DNA of 64,000 bases, from assembly GCF_036365525.1 (NCBI RefSeq), contig NC_090378.1, positions 24,610,457-24,674,456 on the forward strand. The letters run 5' to 3'. The notes under the pieces are model-generated. The model was given only the letters and a program-made list of their open reading frames with translations. It was not told where the DNA came from and did not search any database. Shown here piece by piece: positions 22,944-36,344 of this stretch. Each line of letters opens with the position of its first letter. The first letter of the stretch is position 1. The DNA comes from Heterodontus francisci. Taxonomy: Eukaryota. The position numbers were made by a program, and so were the translations under genes.

Positions 22944-24715
22944 AATCTTGATGTCGGTCACTTAACCTTTAACCTTAGATCCAATTAGGTTGTTTCAAAC
23001 CTCTCTAATTTAGTATTGCATCTTTCTCCTGGGCACACTGCAGCTATCTGGTCTGAACATTGACTTCAGCTTCATCCTCTGTAGATGGATCCAGAACACT
23101 GGCTGTTCTCTCCCTGAACGCACATTGGTCTGACGGCGTCCGAGGTTTTTTTTCGTTTTTGTTTCAGATTTGTAACATTTGCTTTAATTTTTAGTGATGT
23201 AAAATATGTAACAATGCAATAAGTAATAGATACATTAATAATGCAGGCGACTGTTCAGAACAGAGGATGAACTGCAATGCTAGTGCGATGATTAAATCCA
23301 TATTGTTGCACATAAACTAAGAACATGCATTCGGTGGGGTTATGCAATATTTCATGCTGAATAATTAGAAAGCAAACACAAAACTGCAACAGTATACCTT
23401 TATATAGCAGATATAATGTACAGGACTTTCCAAGCAGCTTTGCGAGGTACAGGGGAGGAAAAGATAAAACCATAAAAAGGAACAAAGGCCAAACCAAGGT
23501 GAGTGTTAACCAAAAGCCTGATCAGAAAGAGATTTTGAAAAGCTATTCGTTAAAAAGTAAGAAAATGAAGGGGAGTTGTTTAGGGGTGTCATAAATAAAG
23601 CTGAAGAATCTACCACAAATTGTAGGGCAAAGGGAAGGCAAGATACACAAAAGGCCAGAATGAGGAGATTAACAAGTACTGAAAGGAGATAGAAGGCTGG
23701 AAGAGGTTCAGAGCCAGTTGATGTCACAGAAGGATTGGAAGATGTGATGAGAATTTAAAATTCAGTGCAACGAATGAATCAGACTTTGAAATGGTTAGGT
23801 CTACTAAATGTCGTGAAAACATTAATTGCTATCAGGAATGAATAAGCCAGTTTATAAGCGATGATATGTAATGTCCAATTGTAACAAAACTTTGGAGCTG
23901 GAATGTCAACACAAATCACAAGTGAGACTTGGTTATCAATGCGATGCTACAGCTTCTAACAGTATTTCCAAGCAGTCTTTTTGAAAATCAGTTCCTTTAT
24001 CAATAGATTATAAGCATATTAATAAAGCAGTGCACTACATATAACGTAAAGAAAAAATATAAACCCATCATTTGGAGGAAGAGTTTTACAGGTTACAACC
24101 CCCAAATAATTTGCAATAAAATTAAGCTATTAATGCCTGCAATTCATATTTCACATCAAAAGTATAAAGAATTGCAGAAAGTAACTAACAGCTTCTGTTC
24201 TGTAGGTAAATACAGCAGCCAATCTGTATGCTGAACTAGGGGAAAGATACTAGAGAAGCAGTCATCCATACCCCAACCAGGAATCAGTTCATTCTGGAGA
24301 GAAGGCAGGGAGAAAATGACTGGGAACTTTTTTTTTTAACGATTGTTATGATGAAGGTGCCCATCTTAGCTCACCATTTAGAATTTTTAAAAAAATCTCC
24401 TAATCACATTTTTGTTGCTTGAATGTACCCAAGGTTTTCAAATGTTAATCACTTTCTATGAAATTCTTCCTGACATCTACCTTAAAAACTTTTCTTTACC
24501 ATTTTTAATCTATGCTTCTTGGTCAAGAATCTTGGGCAAATTTTGAAGTTCTGCTCATTTATCTATATTATTTAGTATATATTTTTATAGTCACCTTTCA
24601 GTGGATTTACTGAGTCAAATGGGAGGACATATCTTTTTATTACATGAAATAGGAATCTTCAACAATTCTATTCCATGAAGCTTCCAAGTGAAAGAGCTTT
24701 GTATTAACAGAATTT

Positions 24716-25044
24716 TTTTAATTTTAGAGATACAGCACTGAAACAGGACCTTCGGCCCGAGTCTGTGCCGACCAACAACCACCCATTTATACTAATCCTA
24801 CATTAATCCCATATTCCCTACCACATCCCCACCATTCTCCGACCACCTACCTACACTAGGGCCAATTTACAATGGCCAATTTACCCATCAAACTGCAAGT
24901 CTTTGGCTCTGGGAGGAAACCGAAGCACCCGGCGGAAACCCACGCGGTCACAGGGAGAACTTGCAAACTCCGCACAGGCAGTACCCAGAACTGAACCCGG
25001 GTCGCTGGAGCTGTGAGGCTGTGGTGCTAACCACTGTGCCGCCC
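24716..25044 (-). mobile_element. HE1-type V-SINE
   Basis: Reverse complement of the 6807 element. Confidence 0.9.
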
Positions 25045-25451
25045 TATCTAACTTCTAAGAATATCTAACTTCAACTTGCCCTCTTTACATATCAACTGTG
25101 TATAGATCTTCACCTATGCAGTGGGAAATGGCAATTTATTTTTCATTCTCATATCCGAGAAGCACTTGTTCGTCATGATGGCCAGCCAATTTGCAAAACA
25201 TTTTCTGAAGACAAACATGTGAAGCATGTAATGCTTAGCTGGCTCAAGTAGAGGTGGTCAAATATTATTTATATATTGTATTAAAAGCCTGCTGTATAGC
25301 CTGCACATCCCACAAGTGTCAACCCTACTTGCTGTTAAGCTACCCATCACATTAAGAACACCCTTATTAAAAAGCAGCATGTCCTTCGACTCAGTTCAGC
25401 AACACTGCAGAACAGCACTTAGCACATACAGATCCCTTTAAAAAGTGTCTA

Positions 25452-25968
25452 GGAACATAGAAGTAGGCCATTCAGCCCATCGAGCCTGCCCCACCATTCA
25501 ATGATCATGGCTGATCATCCACTTCAATGCCTTTTTCCCACACTATCCTCATATCCCTTTAGGTTATTTGTATTTAGAAATCTGTCAATCTCTGCTTTAA
25601 ACATACTCAATGACTGAGCTTCCACAGCCCTCTGGGGTAGAGAATTCCAAAGATTCACAACCCTCTGAGTAAAGAAATGTCTCCTCATCTCTGTCCTAAG
25701 TGGCTTCCCCCTTATTTTGAAATTGTGTCCCCTGGTTCTAGACTCCCCAACCAGCGGAAACATCTTAGCTGCATCTACCCTGTCTATCCCTTTAAGTATT
25801 TTGTAGGTTTCAATGAAATCACCTCTCATCCTTCAAAACCCTAGAGAATACAGGCCCAGTCTCCCCAATCTCTCTTCATAGGACAGTCCCGCCATCCCAG
25901 GAACAAGTCTGGTGAACATTCGTTGCACTCCCACTAGGGCGATAATATCCTCCCTAAGTTAAGGGAAC
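25452..25968 (-). mobile_element. CR1 3' fragment
   Basis: ORF 25524..25829 (RGD.IETYKIL...FFTQRVVNLWNSLP). Confidence 0.9.
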
Positions 25969-27740
25969 GAAGTCTGTTTCTGAACTTAGTACAAATGCAA
26001 AACACATGGAACAGAAACATCAGTAAGGCATTTAAGATCACCCTTTTAATGTGCAAATCACCTCAAATCCATTACATAGACAAGTAAACAAAATATAACA
26101 TTTCATAGATTTACTATTTCCAGATATGTACCATTTAATTAGAACTACTATACATTCAAGCTTATAAAGTACTTTAGCCTAAACATGTTAAGCACAAAGT
26201 TGATAGTTTAAAAAAAGCAATAAGTTATGGCCAAAAGTGGCCCCAAGTTACAATTTCAAAATCAACTTTTGTTAAGGATAATGCTCCAGAATGGCATCCC
26301 CATGATTTATGGTCAAGATTTTCTTCAAGAGCAGCAAGTAGATGAACGTGTAGGTTGAATATCGCTTTGTGGTTTAATTATTTTTGAATGTGACTTTTTC
26401 TACAAAAGCCCCTGCTCCCCAAATCACAGGGCTCACATGATGCACTCATGCATACAGAAAGATGACAGCATATTAAACTGTCATCCATCCCACCAATTGC
26501 AAGCAGACTGCAGCACTGTACTTTACCCAATAAAGGAGCCTCTAGTGAATCCCCTGCCACTACTGCTCAGCTCCACTCAGTATAATCTACTGCTCGACAA
26601 CCAACTTTACTCTGTACTCCACTATTTCATGATGTCCAAGTCAGTTAACCTAGGCAATGAACTCACCAACTATCAAATGACTGCATCACAGTACAGTAAT
26701 GCTATGTGGCAGGGAATGCAACAATTTTTAGTGATGACATGTTACCACATAAAGCAATTATGTATTGCCTTAATTTCTTTACAATAAACTATGAAAAATA
26801 GTAATACATATGGTATTAATAAAATACACAAGAGAAGTCAGTAATTTGCTGAAAACCAAGAGGGTCTGGCCTGATGTTATTCAGCGGCCTTTCTTCAGCA
26901 AGCAGCAGAATCCACTTGTCTATCCTTAACATACCATTGGAATTCACACATTCAAACACATTCTTCTCTTAGCTGATCTGAAGATAGTGGAAAATTTGAG
27001 ATAGGCATGTGTGAGGGAGTTGGAAATGTTTCACTCCATCACAAATAACTGTACATTAGCAAGGTTTTCCTGACACATAACAGTAAGCCTTCAAAAAAAG
27101 ATAAAATGTTATTTTCTAAAACATTACTGCTTTGTACACCATAACCCAATATTTTATAATGTTGACTCAGTAGCATGGGTTTAGTACTTGGAAAATTAGC
27201 TTAATGAAAACTACTCGAAAATGGAAAAAGTTTAGCTGCACAAATAGCAATGACTTAGGCATTTGCTAACAGCACATTTTAACTCAAGGGTTCAGTCTGA
27301 AGCTTGTCCAGGTAAGCTGTAGACCACAAATCTGCATATGTCTGAAAGTTTTTTATTTTATTTGTGTTAGTGTCTTTTGAACAAGTAATCATATCTTGTT
27401 CCCCCAAAAAGTATATGAACGACAAAAAGTAAATACATTCTTCACATCTTTAAAGCAAAAATACTTAAAAGAAAAAAAAAAGGAATTTAACAGAATAGCC
27501 AGTTAAATCAACAATTAGAAACAGTATACAATATGCAAAACACAATCTGGCTTTGCAATGCATTCTTTTCAACTGAATTTATTTCCTTTAAATTCGTCTT
27601 GGACCCAGTAATAAATCATCAAAAAGGATCAAAAGGCATTTGGTCAATAGTGCAGCTTCTAGGATTTCTTCCTTTGCGTATCATGCATAAATTGGTTTAT
27701 AAAAGTGCTATTCCAATCAGCTGGCTTCTCAAAGATGATC

Positions 27741-27910
27741 CTAGTAATGAATTCTTTTAGCATATACAAGGTAGCCCTTGGACTTAATAATTCCTCTGCT
27801 TTTAACAATTACTGAATAGCGCAGCACCCACTTCGTTATCCATTCATATGCCAGATTGTCTTGAATGCTGGCAATTACAGCCTCTTGAAAACTTAACATG
27901 GGTATCAATT
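27741..27910 (-). CDS. GCLM: GCLM terminal coding exon 7 (LIPMLSFQEAV...WVLRYSVIVKSRGIIKSKGYLVYAKRIHY*)
   Basis: ttttaag| acceptor, TAG at 27741-27743; LRYSVIVKSRGIIKSKGY is the conserved GCLM C-terminus. Confidence 0.97.
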
Positions 27911-28761
27911 CTTAAAAGAAAAAAAAAAAGAGAAATGAGACATTTAGTGCAAACAGCTCAGTGGTTGTGCTTTAGGAAATAAAATAAAGACTTGTACTTA
28001 TTTAATGCCTTTTAAAGTCTCTCAAAACAATCCAAACCACTTCACTTACAAAGAATTACTTTGAAATGTAGCAATTTATGTAGGTACATTAAAAAATCAT
28101 TCTTGGAATATACATGGACATCGCTAGTAAGGCCAGCATTTATTGCCTAACTCCAGTTGCCCTTGAGAAGGTGGTGGTGAACTTGCTATTGTGCACAGTA
28201 AGATTCCACAAACACGATGCAGTAAATAATTAGTTAACCTGTTTTTTTTTGGTGGTATTTGAAGGTGCAATGTTGGCCAGGACATAAGGAGAACTGCATA
28301 CTTTTCTTAGTCCCACAGCATCTTGAAGTCTATTTGAACCACTAGAACACACAGTTGAATATATTTGGAAAAACACAGCATTTCAACAATGCTAAAATGA
28401 TTCTGGAGAGAATATTCAGACAGGGTCCCTGCCATATATATCTGGATGTCTGCTGAGGGAATGATCTGCACTCAGCTGTGGTATTTCCAATAGTCAAATA
28501 CTATGCTGAGACACCTCCCTGGCTCACATTTGATTATTTAGCAAAGACCGGAAGACACCAGCAGAAATAAATCCCAGCAGAACCGGCAACTTCAGGAAAG
28601 AACAAAAGAAAAGAAAAAAAATAAACAGAAACTGATCGAGCAGATCCCCACTCACCCCCAAGGGCAAGCTGCAACCAGCACCTATCTCACACGCTGAACA
28701 TCTGTTATAGAGTCTGCATATCAGGTGTACAGATATACACACACACTCTCACTCATCTTAC

Positions 28762-28876
28762 CTTTAGGGTCACTGTGAGTCAGCAGCTGTATGTCATATT
28801 CTTTAGCAAAGGCAGTAAGCTCTGGTGGCATCACACAACAGGAAGCTAAATTTACTTGGTTGCTGCTAGGTTTTAC
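28762..28876 (-). CDS. GCLM: GCLM coding exon 6 (VKPSSNQVNLASCCVMPPELTAFAKEYDIQLLTHSDPK)
   Basis: C-rich tract then tctag| acceptor, |gtaaga donor, 115 nt; NQVNLASCCVMPP motif. Confidence 0.97.
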
Positions 28877-29674
28877 CTAGACATGGCAGGGGGGGGGGGG
28901 GGGAAAGGTGGAAGGGTGGAAAAATGAAGAGTTACAGGCAATACTGGGTAAACACACTGATGCAATTTTTGAACTCTAGTGCACCAAACTATTCTCTGTT
29001 GAATTTGCAGTGTTTGTAGTTCCTAATCAAACTAAAAATCTTGATCTAAACATAATCTCCCATTTTCTATTTCATTATTAAGTACAGTATAAGTAACCAA
29101 ATCTCAGATGGAGATAATATTTTTGTACCGTCAATCTCCATGCTCCCACTTCTGAAAGTGAAGCATTTCCAAACCATTTCTAGTCAGGAATTGCCAACCT
29201 CCAGCCTGAGCTCACTGAATTTCAGAAGCTATTCAATTGGAGACATCACGAACAAGTTTGATCTGACTGCAATCTATGCTTACGACCACATTTTCCAGCA
29301 CAAAGCACTGAATAATTATCAAGAGCAAAAACTTTGGCCACTCTTACCATTCACATCCCAGTTGAGGTCGGTTAACTCCAACCAGATCAAGAATTAAATC
29401 TGGGAGCACTGAGCCAAGCTGTTCCCATCATTTTCCAGTGATCACATGCACAATTCCAGCCGAGATCACTGGACAGCAATCAGGAATGGAAACCCTGGCC
29501 AGTTTCCCCAACTCAATCCAGTGCATCCAACAATTTTAATGCCAAATATTGAATCATAAAAGCAGGATGAATACAGCTATTTCTAACAAACTCAAAGGAT
29601 GAGGAGAATTTTTAAAGCAGCAGCAAATCTATTAGTCCTCAAGTCTACAGACAGAACCAGTGTTAACACTCATT

Positions 29675-30605
29675 TTTCTCCAAATTTGCAGATGACACAA
29701 AACTGGGTGGGAGGGCGAGTTGTGAGGAAGATGCAGAGAGGCTTCAGGGTGACTTGGACAAGTTGAATGAGTGGGTAAATGCATGGCAGATGCAGTATAA
29801 TGTGGATAAATGTGAGGTTATCCACTTTGGTAGCAAAAGCAGGAAGGCAGATTATCTGAACGGCTATAAACAGAGAGGGGAATATGCAACGAGACCTGGG
29901 TGTTCTCGTATACCAGTCACTGAAGGTAAGCATGCAGGTGCAACAGACGGTAAAAAGGGCAAATGGTATGTTGGTATGTGAGAGGATTCAAGTATAGGAG
30001 CAGGGATGTCTTGCTGCAATTATACAGGGCCTTGCTGAGGCCACACCTGGAATATCGTGAGCAGTTTTGGTCTCCTTATCTGAGGAAGGATGTTCTTGCT
30101 ATAGAGGGAGTGCAGCGAAGGTTTACCAGACCGATTCCTGGGATGGCGGGACTGACGTATGAGGAGAGATTGAGTCGGTTAGGATTATATTTGCTGGAGT
30201 CCAGAAGAGTGAAGGGGGGCGGGGAGAATCTCATAGAAACCTGTAAAATTCTAACAGGACTTGACAGTGTAGATGCAGGAAGGATGTTCCCGATGGTGGG
30301 GGAGTCCAGAACCAGGGGTCATAGTCTAAAGATACGGGGTAAACCTTTCAGGACTGAGATGAGGAGAAATTTCTTCACCCAGAGAGTGATGAGCCTGTGG
30401 AATTCGCTACCACAGAAAGCAGTTGAGGCCAAATCATTGTATGTTTTCAAGAAGAAGTTAGATATAGCTCTTGGAGCAAAAGGGATCAAAGAATATGGGG
30501 GAAAGCGGGAACAGGTCACTGAGTTGATCAGCAGCCAAGATCATAATGAATAGCGGAGCAGGCTCGAAGGGCTGAATGGCTTAATCCTGCTCCTATTTTC
30601 TTTGT
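29675..30605 (+). mobile_element. CR1 3' fragment
   Basis: KFADDTKLG and LYRALLRPHLEY...WNSLP in ORF 29963..30553. Confidence 0.9.
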
Positions 30606-30728
30606 TTCATTGTGTGCAGCCTGTTTATTGCACTGTGCAGTACATTCCAGATGGCAATGTGGCTGCACCCACACAGCTAAGAGGAACACTGGACAGAACT
30701 TTATCCAAGAATATCAACCTGCTATTAC

Positions 30729-30931
30729 CTGAGCCCACTGATAGAGTTGCTCTAAAAGTACTTTATCCAAATCAGAGGTACCAATTGCTGCAATGCTTTG
30801 ACTTTGAACAAGAGTTTCCAGTTCTTCCCAATATGGTTGCAGATGAGAGAGAGAAAGACTGGCTCCATCTTCGAGTGGAGGAGGAGCAATTATCACAGAA
30901 TCCAGCTGTGACACTGCAAGTGCTGAACAAG
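30729..30931 (-). CDS. GCLM: GCLM coding exon 5 (CSALAVSQLDSVIIAPPPLEDG...LEQLYQWAQ)
   Basis: aatgcag| acceptor, |gtaata donor, 203 nt; aldo-keto-reductase-like fold segment HLQPYWEELE..V....I.AIGTSDLDK. Confidence 0.97.
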
Positions 30932-32104
30932 CTGCATTAAATACAAATTTCAGATTACTTCCTAGAAAACATTTTAAACTTTGACTGTTATTGGTACCTC
31001 TTTTCTCCTAATCAAAAACAGATAGCTAGTAAAAACAGAAATAGCATTTGAAAACAGCAACACTTGAGAAACATTCTTAGTAGAATAGAAGATTGCTGAC
31101 TGTCAAGAGGAAGCTTACCTTATAAATAATATAAGCGAGCAGTAATCTCTGCAGGGGAAAAAGACCCAAGGGACAAAATATTGGAAGCTTTGACAATACT
31201 GGAAAATAAATTTACAGGGCATCTGGCACTTTCCCTGTATATCTGCAGTTTAGAAGAGAATAGTAAGGACTAATAAAACACAGTAATGGCAAGCACCTTT
31301 TAACAGCTGAGTGGTCATTTACAAATGTCACAAATGATCAAATTTAATTTCAAATGGGTTTAAGTATCTTGATCACTAACAGATTTTTCCAGAGACTGAT
31401 GCAGTAACTGATGTCTTTTCCAGTATGCAAACATTATGGCTACTATCCCATTAAAAACAATTTAAGCCTCAGCATTTGGAAAAGCAGTTCAAAAAAGGCA
31501 TGGAAATAGATTTGCTTATTGGCATGCTGCCAATTGAGATCATGAATGTTACCTGTAGAAAACTCCTGGCCATGTTAAATTACTAACACAATGTACATTG
31601 CGAGTTGTTGTTTTAAAAAGAAAGGAGTGCAAACCACTAGGAACCAAAAACACAGTATCCTCCTTCACATAAAAGACAGCTACAGCAAGTGAATATGACA
31701 CAAGCAGGCAAATAAGCCATGTAGAAGTACTCAGAAGGCAAGAACTACTGCAGCCACCTGGCCTGGCTCTTGTAATCAGTAAAATATTATAATGTGAGCA
31801 CAGTAGTAGTCCTTGTTATATTAATACTAGCTAGCAGTATCTCCATTCTAAAACACATGTTTATTGTGTCCTTCAAATACAGCAACATTTTCAAAAGAGA
31901 ACTGGCCCTGCAAATCAGTCATAATACAACATTTTCCCAGAAAACAGATTTCAAGAACCACCGCTTAACAGATGAGAGCAAGCAGGTTTGTTAAATGTTT
32001 ATACAAGGTCCAGGTTTTAGAAAAACATACTGCAGCAAAATTTTACTAATTAACTGCAAATGTCATCACAAAGGTTCAATAAAGAGTGCAGGAGGGCATT
32101 CCTG

Positions 32105-34912
32105 GCATACCTCAAAATAAGTTGTCAACTGTGAAGCTACAACCCAGGACTACTTGCTCGCCAAACGGCATAAGCAGCATGCGATAGACAGAGCTAAGCA
32201 ATCCCACAACCAACAGATCAGGTCTAAGCCTAACTGGAGGCGGTGGCTCCAAAAATATTCCCATTCTCAATGATGGGGGAGCCCAGCACATCAGTGCAAA
32301 AGATAAGGCTGAAGCATTTGCAACAATCTTCTGTCAGAAGTGCCGAGTGGATGATCCATCTCGGCTTCTTCCTGAAGTCCCCAGCATCACAGATGCCAGT
32401 CTTCAGCCAATCCGATTCACTCCACATGATAGAGAAATGACTGAAGACACTGGATATTGCAAAGGCTATGAGTCCTGACAACATGCCAGCAATAGTACTG
32501 AAGATCTGTGCTGCAGAACTTGTCACACCCCTAGCCAAGCTGTTCCAGTACAGCTATAACATGGCATCTACCTGGCAATGTGAAAAATTGCCCAGCTATA
32601 TCCTGTACGCAAAAAGCAGGACAAATTCAACTCGGCCAATTAGCGCCCCATCAGTCTATTCTCGATCATCGGTAAAATGATGGAAGGGGTCGTCGATAGT
32701 GCTATCAAGTGGCATGTGCTGAACAATAACCCAAAATAAAAGCAAAATACTGCAGATGCTGGAAATCTGAAATAAAACCAGAAGTACTGGAAATACTCAG
32801 CAGGTCTGGCAGCATCTGTGGAGGGAGAAGCAAAGTTAACATTTCAGGTCAGTGACCCTCATCAGAACTGGCAAAGGTTAGAAATGTAATAGGTTTTAAG
32901 CAAATAACGTGGGGGTGGGGCAAAAGAGAACAAATGGGAAGGTGTTGATAGGACAGAGGGTTACAGAGAATAACTGACAAGGAGGTCATGGGGCAAAAGA
33001 CAAAGAATGTGTTAATGGTGTGGTTAAATACAAAGCGTTAGTGCAGAGAAGGTGCTAAATGACAGAATAATGAAAGCCCTAGCCAAAAGCAAAACATGAA
33101 AAAAAAAGCAGGTAGGCACATAGTTAAAAAAAGTGTAATAAAACAAACTAGAATAAAATGAAATAAAAATAAAAAATACAAAGTAAAACTAAAAAAAAGG
33201 CAGACCCGCCATGCTCTGAAATTACTAACTCAATGTTCAGTCTGGTAGGCTGTAGTGTGCCTAATTGGTAAATAAGGTGCTGTTCATCGAGCTTGCATTG
33301 ATGTTCACTGGAACACTGCAGTAATCCCAGGACAGAGATGCGGGCATGAGAGCAGGGGGATGTGTTGAAATGGCAAGCGACAGGAAGCTCGGGGTCTGTT
33401 TCGGACCACGCAGGAGGTGTTTCGCAAAGCGGTCACTCAATCTGCGTTTGGTCTTTCCAACGTAGAGATGTCGGCATTGTGAGCAGCAAACATAGTATAC
33501 TAAATTGAAAGAAGTACAAGTAAATCGCTGCTTCATCTGAAAGGAGTGTTTGAGACCTTGGATAGTGAGGAGATAGGTGGTAAAAGGGCAGGTATTACAC
33601 CTTTCGCGATTGCGTGGGAAGGGGACGAGGTATCGTAGGGTAAGGGAAGGGTGGACCAGGGAAGTTGCGAAGGGAACGATCCCTTCGGAATGCTAACAGG
33701 AGAGGGGAGGGTAAGATGCGTTTGGTAGTGGCATCACGCTGGACGTGGTGGAAATGGCGGAGGATGATCCTTTGGATGTAGAGGCTGGTGGCGTGGAAAG
33801 TGAGGACAAGGGGAACCCTGTCGCAGTTCTGGAAGGGAGGGGAAGGGGTGAGAGCAGAGGTGCGGGAAATGGGCCGGACACGGTTGAGGGCCCCGTCAAC
33901 CACAGTGGGGGGAATCCTCGGTTAAGGAAAAAGGAAGACATATCAGAAGCGCTGTTGTGGAAGGTTGCATCATCAGAGCAGACGCGTCGGAGATGGAGAA
34001 ACTGGGAGAATGGAATGGAGTTCTTACAGGAGGCAGGGTGTGAAGTGTAGTCGAGGTAACTGTGGGAGTTGATGAGCTTATAATGAATATTAGTAGACAG
34101 CCTATCCCCAGAGTTGGAGTCAGACAGGTCGAGGATGGGAAGGGAAGTGTCGGAGATGGACCATGTAAAGGAGAGAGAAGGATGGAAATTGGAAGGAAAG
34201 TTGATAATGTTTCCCAGTTCAGGGCAGATGCAGGAAACAGCACTGATACAGTCATCAATGTACCAGAAAAAGAGTTGGGGGAGGGGGCCTGAATAGGACT
34301 GGAACAAGGAATGATCGATATATCCCACAAAAAGACAGGCATAACCAAGACCCATACAGGCACCCACAGCAAAAACTTTACTTGAAGGACGTGAGTGGAG
34401 TTGAAGGACAAGTTGTTTAATGTGAGAACAAGTTCAGCCAGGCAGAGGAGAGTTGTGGTGCATGGGGACTGGTTGGGCCTCTGTTCAAGTAAGAAGCGGA
34501 GAGCCCTCAAACCGTCCTGGTGGAGGATGGAGGTGTAGAGAGATTGGATGCCCATAGTGAAGAGGAGGCAGTTAGGGCCAGGAAACTGGAAATTGTCAAA
34601 ATGACAATAACCCGAATAACCATATCAATAACCAAATGAGAAATTACCTGTTCAGTGACACTCTATTTGGTTTCCACCAGGGCCACTCAGCACCTGACCT
34701 CATTACAGCCTTGGTTCAAACATGGCTAAAAGTGCTGAACTCCAGAGGTGAGGCAAGCATGACTGCCCTTGACATCAAGGCAGCATTTGACCAAGTACGG
34801 CATCAAGGAGCCCTAGCAAAACTGGAGTCAATGGGAATCAGGCGGAAAACTCTCCGCTGGGTGGAATCATACTTAGTGCAAAGGAAGATGGTAGTGCTTG
34901 TTGGAGAATATT
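32105..34912 (+). mobile_element. Family A LINE RT fragment split by a Penelope insertion
   Basis: PDNMPAIVLKICAAEL (32468) continues as FGFHQGHSAPDLITAL...LDIKAAFD (34636). Confidence 0.8.
32733..34603 (-). mobile_element. 5'-truncated Penelope-like element (RT + GIY-YIG), degenerate
   Basis: IQSLYTSI, MGACMG..YACLFVG and YIDD RT motifs; NLVYYVCCSQCRHLYVGKTKR GIY-YIG; 10-bp duplication acaataaccc at 32723-32732 and 34604-34613; hammerhead core at ~32835-32870. Confidence 0.9.
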
Positions 34913-35124
34913 AATTTAATGCATTAAAAATTACCAGGAAACAAATCATTTGCAAATGTTCTCAGCAGCACTAAACCATTTGGGATTTGAGCACTCCTGA
35001 GCTAGCTTCAGAGCTGTTCCAAGCACAAACAGTGTTGGCAACTGCAACATATAATAGCACTGAATTTGGAACAAGAATATTACAGACAAATATTTAAACA
35101 CCTCAACACAAAGCTCCTCAACAC

Positions 35125-35410
35125 AAAGAGCAGAGCAAAATACTGTGGATGCTGGAATTAAATAATAGAAAATGCTGGAAATACTCAGCAGGTCTGGCAG
35201 TATCTCCAAATTCTACCAGTTATGATGAAAGGTTAGCGACTGGAAATGTTAACTCTGTTCCTCTCTTCATTGCCCCAATCAGTAAAGTAGAAGCAAACAC
35301 AGGCAACTTCATCAAAAACAGACAAAATTAAACCAGGAATTACATAGATGTAGGTGCCCAGCAGAGCTGTGACCTGCTGAGTATTTCCAGCATTTTCTGT
35401 TTTTATTACA
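35125..35410. mobile_element. Palindromic Penelope terminal remnant containing a local inverted insertion
   Basis: aaaatgctggaaatactcagcaggtc / gacctgctgagtatttccagcatttt inverted ends. Confidence 0.7.
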
Positions 35411-35882
35411 AACATAACAGACTAGCCTTTAATTGATGCGAGATGTACAGCATATGAAGTGCAAGAATCTTGGGTTCAGAGATTGATTTAGAATTTTTGC
35501 TGTGAAAAACTTTGATGAGTTGTATAATTAATTGTTTGCATTGAGATGATGTTTTATTTGCCAGAGGTTAGCAGCAGCACAGTGAAAGCTGCTCACGTGG
35601 GTCAGTCTGCAATAGTCAGGAACAGTTGCATCGACAGCTGGAGAATCCACAGTTATTGTATAAAACATGGTAACTACTAGCATCCAGTATAGATTCTCTA
35701 GATCACTGTTCTCACCATTACTAAGCTGATATATATATCATTCGAATAAATTCCCATTGACCCACACTGCAGCTGGTTAGATTATTTCTAAACATGTTGA
35801 ATGTTCATTTAAAAAGGATGCAAATATAACAAGTACACTGAAGAGCAAACAAAAATCCAGATACCTCAATTTTGGCACTTAC

Positions 35883-35939
35883 CTTTTTTCACAGCATCCT
35901 TGATGCCTGAGGAGTCAGGGTCACTGAGAAAAAGCTTTG
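35883..35939 (-). CDS. GCLM: GCLM coding exon 4 (AKLFLSDPDSSGIKDAVKK)
   Basis: atgcag| acceptor, |gtaagt donor, 57 nt, phase 1-1; similar to human AKLFIVESNSSSSTRSAVDM. Confidence 0.9.
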
Positions 35940-36344
35940 CTGCATATAAAAAACAATTGCAAGTTATTGACTAATGCAACAGATAAAGGTTCCTGTTAAC
36001 TGGCTTTTTGTAGCTTGCAAAAGATTGCAGACAGTGAATCAACAGATAAATGCAAAGATAGCAAAACAGTAAAAAAAAAAGAAACGCCCCTCAAAATATT
36101 TTAACAAAAAAAAAGTTGCACCTGCAGGTCACACCTCTACTGGGCACCCAGGTAACATTTAATTCCTGGTTTAATTTTGTCTCTGTGTTATTGATGAAGT
36201 TGCCTGTGTTTGCTTCCACTTTACTGATTGGGGCAGTGCAAGTTAGAAACTTTTATTAACTGCAACTTGGAATGCACAATTAGGTGGAAAATGCAGTTTA
36301 ACAGCGTGTACATTTTTAGGAAAAACAAAAAATATACATGAGAT

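Noticed and set aside
28889-28903. Long G run (also ~3098-3120) as a functional G-quadruplex
   Set aside because: Reads as a poly-C polypyrimidine tract on the transcribed strand; no further evidence
30602-30940. 112-aa + strand ORF
   Set aside because: Antisense shadow of GCLM exon 5
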